This document shows, piece by piece, positions 51,957 to 64,000 of a stretch of DNA of 64,000 nucleotides. The stretch comes from Camelus ferus. Lineage: Eukaryota. The stretch's first letter is position 1. Each line of letters starts with the position of its first letter. The stretch is taken from NCBI RefSeq assembly GCF_009834535.1, contig NC_045697.1, forward strand, positions 97,962,001 to 98,026,000, read 5' to 3'. The position numbers were made by a program, and so were the translations under genes. Under the pieces are notes generated by a model. The model was not told the DNA's origin and did not search any database. It was given only the letters and a program-made list of their open reading frames with translations.

Positions 51957-52474
51957 TGTTACTGAGCCTAAGCTCCTACTGCTTGCCGCAAGACAGGCCA
52001 GTAAGTTGAGAGATGAGCTGTTGGAGCAAGAAGTAGTCTGCAGACCAAGAAATGGTGGACTAGTGTTCCAAAGAACCATCTTGCCCATGTTTTGATGGTG
52101 GGTTTTTTGTTTTGTTTTGTTTTTTGTTTTACTGAACAAAGATGGGGGGTGAGGAGGTGAAGTAAAAAGGTAATGAGTTATTGCAAATATTTCCTGGTTC
52201 TGGCCAGACTCCCGAGGGGATGCGTTAATTTCTCCTCCCCCTACAGCCATTCACAGGTGGGCCTGGTCAGGATGTTTCCTGTGAGCTAAACAAAGGTATT
52301 TTAGATTAATTCTCAGGTCTGGGAGGCCGGGTTCCTGGGGATGGGCCATTATGTATGCTTTAAGCTACGGGCAACAACCCTTTACTGATTAACTTGTAGC
52401 AAAAGCAATAGAATACAAAAGTTAAAGTAAAAGAAACATCCAATATGGACTCAGATTTGTTCTTCCCTGTTACA
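51957..52474 (-). mobile_element. ERV1 solo LTR related to the 46224-46753 LTR
   Basis: Termini TGTTA...TTACA. Its minus-strand start TGTAACAGGGAAGAACAAATCTGAGTCCATATTGGAT aligns with TGTAATATGGAAGAACAAATCTGACTCCATGTTAGAT at 46224. Confidence 0.88.
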
Positions 52475-52508
52475 TTATGACCCCTGAAAGTCAAACAGAT
52501 TGTGCAGT

Positions 52509-52512
<4 letters not shown>

Positions 52513-52549
<37 letters not shown>
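52513..52549. repeat. (TG)n microsatellite
   Basis: About 18 TG units. Confidence 0.95.
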
Positions 52550-52550
<1 letters not shown>

Positions 52551-55466
52551 GGAGAGGTGCTAGCTGAAAAGGTGGGGAAGGGAAACATGAGAAGTGCTAA
52601 TGCAGCCACTCAAATGACAACCATACCACACACATCAACATGGACCATTTGTTCTGCTTTCCTTTGAAACTCTGAGTTGATCAATCTGCTAAGTTAACGA
52701 GCAAACTGCAGCCTAGCAGTCTGTCCCGTCCAAGCCTGTCTTGATCAAACACAACACTTGTAAACGAACCCAGGAGGAAAGCCAGAAAGCCAGGCTAGGG
52801 CTGATCAAAAACATACATCACATCCTGAGAAAATATCAATGAATCTAGAATGAATACTTCTTAAAAGAAAAGGAAAAGAAAAATCAAGACTTGACAGGTG
52901 TTCATAAGAAGCCTGAAAAGGAGAGGGAAGATGATAAGTGAAGCTGACGCAGAGAGAGCGTGTTGAAAATTTTGAAGTAATGCAGGTAGTTACGTGATGC
53001 TTGGGGATTACATATTCAGATACAGCCTGATGGACAATAACTTAAATTTGCCAAGCTCTATGTTGAATGTGAGTTTTTAATTTGGCAAAGAAGCCTTTTC
53101 CTTCCACGAACATCAAGTCAGAATGCAGCCATTGCAGTTGAATATCCAGCAGCAATAATCGGTGCATTTGTGATAACTAGGCATTTGACCATGTTTTTGT
53201 GGCTTAGATTTCTACTTAAGAATGGTAGGAAATTGGACCAATTACAGCTTTGAAGTTTGGGGATTCAATATGCCAATGAAGTAAGGGTTCAGACTGTTCC
53301 TATTAGTTTCATATATTTCCTAGAAAACTGAGTCAACACTAGTTTGCATTTTAAGAAAAGGAAAGAAAGAGAGGAAGGGAGGGTGGGAGGAAAGAAGTAC
53401 AGAAGAAAGTCATTTTTAAAAAATATATGTGGCTGAGTGTTTTATGGTCATTTTAATTGAGAACGCCATATGAGAAAAGCATCCAATTATAATAACTCAT
53501 ATTTCTCTGACACATCTTAAATATAAGAGAGGAAGAAACTGAAGTCAATCATTTTTTATGGTTTGACAGAATCAAAATATTTTTGCTGTTTTAAAAGATG
53601 AAGGTCAGGCAATCTACTGCATGTAAAGTCTCTCAAGGAGAGCATTTTCAGTGGCACACTTAGGTTTTCCTAATGGTAATGGTAAAACAAATTAGGATAA
53701 ATTTATTGCCTCCATCCTCCAATCAACCATTTCCCTCCTTTCAGCTGAATATTTTTATGTTTTTGGTCTATTGGAATCCTCCAGCTAAACCCACTTTTCA
53801 CTCAAATACCCAATAACACAAAATAATCCTTTCTTCAATGAAAATGCCTCTTCTTTCACATTAAACAAATATAAAAAGGAATTTTATTGCAGAAATTCAA
53901 TTCAAGTGTGAATGATTGCTATAAGCCCAAAAGGGGAATTTTCTAATTAAAATCAATTGGTGATACGGGTAGGAAGCTTGTTTGTTTTGGGGTTTTTGTT
54001 TGTTTGGCATGGGAGCATTCAAAGCACCCCTTGCTTACTCTGCTAGAGTAGCCTTTTATTCTACGTATTTTTGGAGTCATTACAGAACAATTCAGTAGAT
54101 TTTTCAGTTAGGCTGCTGGTCCTTGCTAAAAGCCGGCAACTTTTCCTTCTGTTTGTAGCACAGTGGCATCTTGATTTCACAGCAACCTCCCCCCTGTTAC
54201 CCAGCCTCAGTGCTACTGAGGACAGGTAGCCAGCTTTCAGCCTCATTCACTCAGAGTTAGGATGAGCAAGTCTTGTCACCATTTCTCTCCAGGATCAGGA
54301 ATGAGATTGCTCCTGGTCACTCACATGCCCAGCCTATTACTACTGTTTCAAACCCACAACATGCGAGCCCAGCTCAAGTGAATACTTTTCTGCCTCAGTT
54401 TCTCCATATATTCTCTTCAGCTGTAACTAGATCCCAACCCCGACTGCATCTCTCCGTGAGCCCTTGATTCTCCATCCCTCTCAGGGGCCCAAGTTCTGTA
54501 AACATCCTATCCAAGCACACTCAGCCCAAGTCTTTATCTCTCACACATGGCTGACATAGCCTCAAGAGGCCGTGAGGATTACGTGACCTAATGGACACAA
54601 ATTACTCAGCACAGTGCCTCACAGAGTATGGAAAATGCCTTTGACTTCCCGTCTAAAGAGAAGTCTGTCATAGGAAAATATTATAAATCTACACTGGGTC
54701 AATAGTTTATTTAGTAACTGTCAATGAAAAATTTTGGTTTCAAATCCTTAAATAATGTATTTTTGTCTTTCTGGTGCTCCTCCAAAATCTATTTACAAAA
54801 ACAAAAACAAAGGAACAAAAAAAAACTCCATTCCCAGAATTGTGAATATTTTCAAAGGATATTAAGAGATTCCAGGAAAAGATAGCAGTGAAGGCATATT
54901 CTTGGGATCTCCCTGAATCCCCCATATAAGCAGCAGGCAAAGACCCAAAACCCACGGACAAAATCTACAACAAAATCCTTACAAATCCCCAAATTTGAGT
55001 CTGTGGCCGCAGCCACCAAAAGTACGAAGAACCAAAGTGTCAGTGACAGTTAAGGAGAAAGTAGAGGAAAGGCAGAGGGGACTTCTGAAGGCACTGTCAG
55101 CTGGAGAAGCCAAATACCGCCAAGAGGTGCTCACTGAAAAGCTTAGAAGGGTTGGCTGTAAGGAGCCGTCAAAACTGCAGGTGGGCTTTGCTGCTCCAAC
55201 TGATGGGTGAGGGCAGAGGGACCACAGAAGATGTGGCTGTGCTGGAGCGATCTGGACCCAATGGACTCCTGAAACTAACGAAATGATGCGCCTTCTGGGA
55301 TGAAGCCCTCACTAAGGAGAGACTCTGGGGAGCAGGATGTAAGATGAAGAGGATGGGGACTAGAATAGAGGTGGCAGGTTGTTGAGAAGAGTGCTGTGGT
55401 TCAGCAGGAGTTCAGGGAAAGGCTCACCTGTAACAACACTGGAGCAGAAATCCAAGGGAAACAGAG

Positions 55467-55942
55467 TGAGTGTTAGTTTCCTATTGCTGCTGTAGCAAAT
55501 TACCACAGACGCCATGGCTCAAAGCAACACAAATTTATCATCTTACATTTCTAGAGGTCGGAAGTTCAAGATCAGCCTCACTGGGCTAAAGTCAAGGTGT
55601 CAGCAGGGCTGGTCCCTCCTAGAGGCTCTCGGGGACAATCCATCTCCTTGCTTTATTCAGCTTCTAGAGGCCACTTGCTTTCCTTGACTCACAGCTTCTC
55701 CTCACATCACTCCAAATTCTTGTGTCTGTAGTCACACCTCCTACTCTTTTCTCTGATCTCCTGCTTCCTTCTCAGAAGGACCTTTGTGATTATATTGAGC
55801 TCATCTAGATAATCCAGTATAATCTTCCCATTTTAGGATCCTTAAACACATCTTCAAAATTCTTTTTGCAGTATAACGTATTCACAAGTTTCAGAGATTA
55901 GGATACGGATGTCATTGGAGGGGTAACATTTATTCTACTGCA
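55467..55942 (-). mobile_element. MLT1-family MaLR solo LTR
   Basis: ttagtttcctattgctgctgtagcaaattaccaca ... gtcaaggtgtcagcagggctgg ... cagcttctagaggcc ... gataatccagtataatcttccca. Confidence 0.9.
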
Positions 55943-56244
55943 GGAAGCAAGCTAAGACTAGCCTTTCTGTATGAAATACAAATTAAGAAATGCCTTCACT
56001 GACATAAGGCTGTGATTGGTCATTATGGTCACATTTCTACTAAAACTTAAAACTGAACAAGCTTTGAAAACAATCACTGCACTTTGGACTTTACCTATGT
56101 CACTGGAACCTGAACATAAGATATTTCAAAGATGAGGAAGAGGGCTTAGATTTAAGGTGAATATCTACTTACTTCAATCTACTTTAAAATACGCTATTTT
56201 CCTGGAAAGACATAATTAAGATGCCAAACTGTGCATTAAAATGA

Positions 56245-56336
56245 AAAAAAAAAGGAAAGAAGAAAGGGAAGAGAAGGGAAGGGAAGGGGAGGGGAGGGAG
56301 GGAGGAAGGGAGGAAGGAAGGAAGGAAGAAAGAAAG
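56245..56336 (+). repeat. Polypurine (GGAA/GGGA)n tract
   Basis: Seen directly. Confidence 0.9.
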
Positions 56337-56579
56337 ACATGATTTACAGAAAACTGCTGACCTTCAGTCCTGTTACAAAATACAGTAGATGAAAATGTGA
56401 GGATATCTTCATTCACCCATGGTTAATAATACAAAAGGCAATGTATTTTCTTAAAAACTAATAATTAGGCTTAGCAGTTAAAAAAAGACAGAATTTAAAG
56501 AAAAAATTTTAAACACACACAAACATACACACACATATAAAATTTTTAAATCTCATCTAATGTCCTAGAATGGAAGACA

Positions 56580-56810
56580 TATTAGAGTCTGGACTGAGAA
56601 TCCAGAATCAGATCTTCTTAATGTGACTCACTGGCCCTATAATCTTAGACAAGTTGCCTAAACTCTGTAAACTCATTTTCCTATCTATAAAATGGGGATA
56701 AGCTATGCACTAACTCTTATATTGGTTGTGAAGATTAAATGAGATTATGTAATGTTAAATCTATACAGGGCTTAGCCATTGGGTAAAGCTTTCCATAAAT
56801 ATATTTTACT
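56580..56810 (+). mobile_element. MIR
   Basis: cttagacaagttgcctaaactctgtaaactcattttcctatctataaaatggggataa ... ggttgtgaagattaaatgagatt. Confidence 0.85.
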
Positions 56811-56959
56811 CCTCTTGTCATTTACTTTTCAATTACACATTTTAAGATTGTAAATAAATCATCTTCCCTATCTCCTTCACAGATATCTGAGAACTTGAAA
56901 CACAGAGTGATTGTTGTTCCAAAATGTTAGTCCCATTTGGTTTCTACCCTAGTTTTTAA

Positions 56960-57420
56960 CTGATGCTCTGTGAAAGCACAAGTCCTTACAATGGCCTGGA
57001 AGTTCCCAAAGTCCTTCTAACAGCATTTACTGCCCCCCTCAGTCTGTTCCAGTATGGCCTTCCCAGCCCGGGGGGAATGCCAGTTCCTTCATGCACAGGG
57101 CATTTACTCTCTTCTCTGTCTGGAACATGTGAAACCCAGGAATCTCCCAGCAACTTCCTCCTTTCCAGTCTTGAGTGAGGAGGCGGTCCTCGCTGACCAC
57201 CCTGGATAACGTGGTTCTCTATCCCACACAGTGCTATCTATCACTTTCTGCTTGAGTTTTCTCCAAAGTACTTACTCCCTTTCTGTTAGAGGTTATACAT
57301 TGCCTGTTTATCTTACCTATTATTTTTCTTTCCCACCCATGTATAAACTCTAAGAAATCAGGAAATGTTGTCTCTTTTGTTCATTGCTCCACCTCCTTTG
57401 CCCAGAACAATGCCACTGAG
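56960..57420. mobile_element. L2 3' fragment
   Basis: agtccttacaatggcct ... cacagggcattt ... tctcttttgttcattgct ... cccagaacaatgcc. Confidence 0.65.
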
Positions 57421-57759
57421 ATAGAAATATTCTGGTGCCCTTATTTAACTGATGCCTTCACTGTTTTTTCTCCTGAGACAGAACCAGACCAGGGTCCTGT
57501 TATTCACTGAAAACTTCTAACAGCATCTAACGGGATGACCTCGCCTACTCCTCTGCTGTCAGAAACCGTTCATGAGGCTTCCCGTCTGATAGTTTGCATG
57601 TATGCCTACCTTATACACTTTACCTCTCAAGTCTCACAGAACAAGACCAGATACAACTGAAATATCTTCTAAAATGGGAAAAGCTCCAAATCCTTCCCAT
57701 TATAATGTAATGAAATGTTTCTCTTCCTGTTAACAGTCATCTCCTGCTATTGATGTTTG

Positions 57760-57960
57760 ACTTTGCTCATCATGTATTACCCTATTTACTGCTCACAATA
57801 ACTCTGCGTGGTATATACAACAATCCCTATTTTACAGATGAGGGAACAGAGTCTCACGTTAAGAAACCTGACACAAGGTTAGGAAGCCCCATGAGGAGTG
57901 ATTTCAACTTAGAGATGTCTTTTCTCCAAAGCCTACATTCTTGGCACTCTGATACATTGC
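57760..57960 (-). mobile_element. MIR fragment
   Basis: ctcacaataactctg ... ccctattttacagatgagggaacagag ... ctccaaagcctacattctt. Confidence 0.7.
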
Positions 57961-60900
57961 CTCTTCAACTGTGGAAGATTTGACATCATTTTCAGAGTCT
58001 TGAAGTCTAAAACCACATTCTTTTCCTGTATCCTTAGAGACAAATTAGTATTTGAAGTGTATGTGCAAGTATTTCTACTCTGTACAAGCTCCAATAAAGA
58101 CAAATGCCTTCTTTTAGTGTTTCTTATAATATGTGCAGACTCCAAATACAGCTTTTCAGCAAAACATCCTCTGTATCATTGTACAATGCAGTCATCACTT
58201 CTGCTGATAAAGGGATGGTGGGATAAGAATAATCAGGGTATCCATTTAAGATTGAATTTGGATCCAAGTAGAAACTGATTTATAAAGTTGACTCAGTACT
58301 AGAGCAAATCACTGGCAGTGAACCACTTTCAAAAGAATCCAGACAAAACTAAAGACAAAAGGAGGAAGGGGAAAAAAAAACTCTTGAGTCAACACAGATT
58401 CTCTGTACTAAGAAAGAAATTAAAATAAAGACGGAGAAAATATCCCACGTGTGTAAAAAAATTCATCTGCATGAGTAATGTCAGATAACAAAACGCTTGC
58501 AGTGTCAGAGTTGAACTGTTGTCAAAGAATTCTAGAGGGGCTCACTGTCTTCACAAATCAAGGTGCATATTGCATTTTCCTAAAGAAAAAATGCTAAGTT
58601 TGAAAACGTTACTTGGAGCCCAGCCAGGGAGATTACCAGTTTATAGAAGCACAATCTATATTTTATTCCTGCATTTTATTGAGATCATTATTTTAGTCTC
58701 GCAAATATTTTTCAGAATCAATTCCTACTTCTTTCTTTTTTAGCTTTCTGCGAACTACTGGAGCTCAACTTCCCTACTTTTACAATATATTCTTCAGTTT
58801 AGCATATTACCTTTAATAATTATGTCTAAAATATTGCAACCTAATCAGAACAGAAAATACTATCATTTTGAGTTAAATATACTGCATAAATAACTTCCAA
58901 CAATCTCCAAGGATATTTTGTAGCTGAAGATTTGTATCATTCTCCTATTAAAAATAAATTACACCTAAAACATACCCTAATGTTCGCCCAATTATAGTCT
59001 TGTTGATGAAAGTAGTTGTGTGTCTAACTGGCAAATCACTTAATCGTGTATTTCATCTTGCACTTGTTGATTAATAACTGTTTTAATTGACTAAATTGCA
59101 ATATACAAATATAATATTTGAAAACTAGGAAAACTAAATATTTTAAGGTCACAATTATACTTTATTGAAAAGCCACAAAATCTAATATGAAAGACAATTC
59201 TTCTCCCTCATTCCCCAGGGTGAATATTGAGAAGGCACTGACTTTTGTCCTTTTCTTCATTTCCCACTGATACAGTACCAGCTTATGCATGTTATAGTAG
59301 AAATCATTATACCAGTCTTACTCAATTCTAATTGCTCTATGTCATAGGTCAGGGATGTGAAAGCCAGTTTCAGCTTTAGATGAAGTCATTAACTTTCAGT
59401 CAGTTAGAAACAGTGCTTGTTCCAACATGTTCGAGAACCTGGGCCCCAACCACTTCTGCAAAGCTCTACAGTAAGAGATGAGATTTTTGGTAGCCCCTGG
59501 CACCATGAGAAAAGACACTGAAAACTACTGTGGACAAGGGGTGGAAATTCTTAAAGGATCAACTAAACTCAACCACAACCTGAAATTTTACACCTGGTGG
59601 ATTTTATTGTATTTTGGGCAGAACTAGGTGGCCAAAAACAAAAAATGTGTTCATTAGAAACCCATTCTCAAGGCACATCTATGTGCAGTAAAACTAGGCA
59701 CCTCTCAAAAGATAAGGAACAAATATAGAGAGGTGACCTACAAATATGAAGTGTTACAACATTAACAGGATAATTTATACTGATCTTCAGATACTATGAG
59801 TCTTGAATTCACAAATAATCCCAGTTGTAACAATTCATTTAGTCTCTTGACAATGGTGATGGCAATAACAACAATGACTTAATTAGATCTTGATTAAACT
59901 TACGTTCATTTTAATTTGAAGACCATCTCATTAAGATGATCATAACTGCTGGTTTTTGGAGAGTTTGCTATGTTCACTTAAGTGCTGGGAATTTATTTGT
60001 CCATTTAATCCTCATAGCAAGAGCATTAGAATTTACCTCAAATTCTATCTTGAGGTCTCATGGGTTGATATATGTAAAGTGTTTAGTCCCCGGTTCATAA
60101 TAAGAATTCTAAAAGTGCTAACCATTTGGTAAGTAGAACTATTATCCACATTCTACAATGAGAAAGAACCCTTAAATTATAGAGCTTACAGTATCTATGT
60201 TCTCATCCACAATTCTGTGTTTTGTATAAACTGTATGAAATTAGAAATCATGTGCATAAGAAAGGACCCACATGTCTTTAAAGTTCAATTCTCTTCCCAT
60301 ACAGTTCTACTCCCTTGATCTCACTTCTCAATCACCTCAATTTCATACCCTCTCTGACAGTATGTCCCTTGCTTCAGAGTGATCTTTGAGCCCCTAAACA
60401 AGCAATTTCTTACTTCTGGAACAAATTCTAGGAAAGCTTATTGCATCCTATGTCTAATTGTTTGTTTCAAGGTCTCTATTTTCTGAAGCATTCTAGGGTT
60501 TACTCTATCTCTTTTCAATCTCTAACCCACCTCTTAATCCCTGACCTCTCAATATTCTTCATTTTTTCCTTTGTATTGAAGAGTATGCTTAGAAACACAT
60601 CTGTCATTCTCTCTATTGGATTCTTACAAAGTTGTAACTTTATTTGAAGTCTTGGCTGTTCTCTACAAAAGCCCAATTTATTAAAATTGTAAGCTTTGAA
60701 GGATGCCTGTATCAAGAAGCTGCATCTTTGGCCAACATGCTCCAAAGAAGATATTCACCAAAATTACAAAAAAAAAAATTATTACATTATTCAGGTTCCT
60801 AGCTATACCAAATATCGCACAATTATGAAACATCATCCCAAGATTCAATCTATTTACTTTCCCTCCATTTAACAGGCGTGAAACTCAAAAGCAAAAGCAC

Positions 60901-61485
60901 AATTTCTATCCATTAATAAATTGTATGTTGTGTCCAATAAGTGAAGTAGTGAGTGCAATTACAGAAGGAGTACACCACGTTCAAATAATAAATCACTTTG
61001 ATATTTATAAAATATTGTACCACGAATCAAAACTTTTATTAGAATCATAAGGTATTTTACTTAAGCTACTTCACAGTGACTGTGAAATATTTCACAAATT
61101 TTCGACATAAAATTACATAAAGTTTTCTATACTTTCAATGCTAGATTTATACTTGATACCTATTGCTATGATAGTCTTACAAGCCAGAAGGGTCCCTACA
61201 CTAGATAGTGAGTGTGACAGATCAAGAATAGCCCTTGCAGCCCATTCTACACTGAGAACCAACAGGACATGAGCCCAATGATTCATCTTGTCTCCATCTC
61301 AGTTTTCCTCATCTACAAAATGGGTTGGTCGACACAATACTGATTTGTTTCCAAATTCTATTCAAAAAACCCTCTAAATAGCCCATATAATTTTCAAGAG
61401 ATTGGTAAAATATTATTCATAAGAATATTTCACTTAGTTACCATACTGTATATTTAATATCTATGGTGTTCATAATTGAAACTTA

Positions 61486-61540
61486 GCTGTACACCAGAAA
61501 TTGACATATTGTAACAGACTATACTTCAGGGGAAAAAAAG
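61486..61540 (+). mobile_element. Very short L1 3' terminal fragment
   Basis: gctgtacaccagaaattgacatattgtaacagactatacttca followed by an A-rich tail. Confidence 0.6.
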
Positions 61541-64000
61541 ACGCTACCGTGTCACATTCCTGACAAAATTAAATCATATTCTAAGGTACAATAAGCAGTT
61601 TTGTAATCTATCCTACTTAAAATGTTTCTATAATAAATATTTCCTCAATCTCTATAGAAAAAAACAATATCTATATTAAGAAAGCTTTAAGGAAAAAATT
61701 GATAATATACAAATGTTGCACATAATTTTTTAACTGGGTGCTTTTAAAAAATTAACTCTCTCTTTAAAGTAATTACAAAAATTAGATATATTTCAGAGAT
61801 GCAGAAGTGTTTTTGTTCTATTATTAGGATGCAAATTTTCTTGCCAAATTCTCTCCTCTTTGCTTCTGGGCCTCTGTTTTCTACTCTCAACTTAGAAATG
61901 CTGTGGGAACTAGGAAACATATCAGAAAGCAAACACAAACCAGTGTAAATCACACCCATTTTCCAGCACGGACATTGGCGTAATTTTTGTGAAGGGTATG
62001 TTTCTGTATAACGATCTCTGCCTACATCAACTTTAGAAAATATATTCAGACAGGAGACACATTCAACACTGAAGACCAGGATGCCAGGGGAGAATAATGA
62101 CTTATTACAAATAGCTCATTTCAGATAATACCAGAGATTTATTCAACTAGATGCTCCCGGGTCCTGATGTCTGACAGCTGTACTAGAATGCAAACACAGT
62201 ATCTGCCTCTGCAGTGGTTCTCACAAACAGGAGCTTTTAAACACTCTGATTTTTTTCAAATGGATTTTTGTAATGGAAGGAAAAATATCAGAGAGAGTGG
62301 AAATCAAATTATTTTTTGCTTTTCCCTTATAGCCACTTTAAAACAGTTTCAGAGGTTGTTTTGCTAAGGAACTTGCTAGCAGCACACAAATAACTCCATT
62401 TTCAAAGTGAAATGAACAGGGATAGAATGACTATAAACACATCAGCTACCTTTCTGGATTTGTCCTGGTTTTCATCACTAAGTTTTTGCTTGATGTAAGA
62501 GTGTGATTCCTTTTTAGGAGAGTTATTATACTGAAACAAACAAACAAACAAACAAAGCAAAACATTATTTGAAATGGAAAACCAGGAAAAAAAAAGATCC
62601 AAGGTATGAAATTTCAAAAGAAAACTTCCCTGTGGCACTACTGCTTTTATTTTTAAGGTATCGATCTTTATTGTTTACTTAGACTTTCAGAGCTGAAAAG
62701 AAAACGACACAATTATCTAACTCGCCTCCCTGTTTTAAAGTAAGGAAATTTTTGTTTTATTAATGAATGCAAAAATCCTTTTTTTTTCCCCAAAAATTAT
62801 TTCTGCACTACAATAACTTAGTATTTCCCATTATGAATGTTCCTTGATTCTGGCTCGAATATTGCTATTTATTCCAAAGAACATTCTTTTCAGCAAAGTA
62901 AATCTTAAAAGTGCACAGCAATTACAAACTTTATTTTTAAATACATTTGTGAGTAACACTGTCCAACCTGAAAGCGCTAGACTTAGGAATTCAGTGCAAG
63001 TTTTTTTTTCTTATACTTATCCAGTGACCTCAGGATAAGTTGTACCCCATCAAACTGGTGGTATTCTATGCTGCTCAGTGTAAGGCCTGCTAAATCACTT
63101 AGGAGCAACATAATCTGAAATATGGGCTGTGTGTTGCTAGAATGAAAATTCAGATGTTATGTCTGTTTCTTAGTTTGATATGTTCCCTTAATCTTCAGCT
63201 GTCAGAAAAACTTGGGGTGTTATATTTTTTATGGTTTAAAAAGTATGGACAGATGTGAGACCACAGTTCTTTTAAGCAAAAAGATTATGTTTTCACAATT
63301 CAAATAATCTAGTAAAGAAGAAACTTTGTTTATAAACAATATCTTATTGTTACCACTGGGTTATAACATCATAAAATAGCAAAACAGAAGTCTAATCTTT
63401 CATGGCCCAATGTTTAAAAATACATATATGTATATATTTTTATTTTTATATACATCCACCTACATTTGGATATATATTAATTGCAAGTCACACAACCAAA
63501 AATTAATACATTGTGTGTAATTTATTATCTTCATTCGAAGTCTGTAAACTAAACACATAAAGTTTGACAGCTTGTAGCCTTGCAAACCACAAACAGGCAT
63601 TTACAATCATCAGAAAAGGAGAAGTTTTTTCTCTTTTTTTCTGATAATAATTCTGTGGAATCCCTTTAGAATATCAAAGTAATGTTCAGAGAGAAAAGGA
63701 AACCAGGAAGTACATCTGTGATCATTATATCCACTGCAAGGGAAAAAAGTTTTAAAAGAAATTTGTGAGAAAACACCATTGTCAATATTATAACAAATAA
63801 GCAGGTAAGAATAAGGTAAAGAAAGGTAAAACATAAGCTAACACTGTTTCAAAGTAAACCTTTAGCCTGAAATTTATTCCACTGGATTTATTCAAGGCTA
63901 CCCAGGACTGGGTCTTTATTGGCCTTCTTAATTTTTTTCCCCAATGAAAACTGTCTCTAAATGTACTATTTGCACTGCTCTGCTCCAAAGCAAACTATTT

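Noticed and set aside
51855..52250. 131-aa ORF
   Set aside because: It lies mostly within a solo LTR and a T-rich run, with no retroviral protein similarity visible.

Overview
Mammalian (very likely camelid) genomic DNA containing the 5' half of SLC7A11 (xCT, cystine/glutamate antiporter light chain) on the minus strand. Coding exons 1-6 (33155 down to 6075; about 264 codons) splice in frame with GT-AG boundaries, and the gene continues beyond position 1. The proximal promoter (about 33440-33620) has a TATA-like box, the inverted pair of ATF4 amino-acid response elements and an ARE-like site. Positions 33.6-64 kb are gene-free upstream DNA dense in old L1, L2, MIR, hAT-type DNA transposons, MaLR/ERVL and ERV1 solo LTRs, plus one camelid-type tRNA-Ala SINE. 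I see no novel multi-gene system. The most interesting signals are regulatory and transposon-related: an LTR-borne NRF2 consensus site upstream, related LTRs in inverted orientation around in-frame exon 4, two uORFs, an altered p53-like site, and unusual L1 tails. Repeat family names and human-sequence comparisons are from recall, not from database searches.
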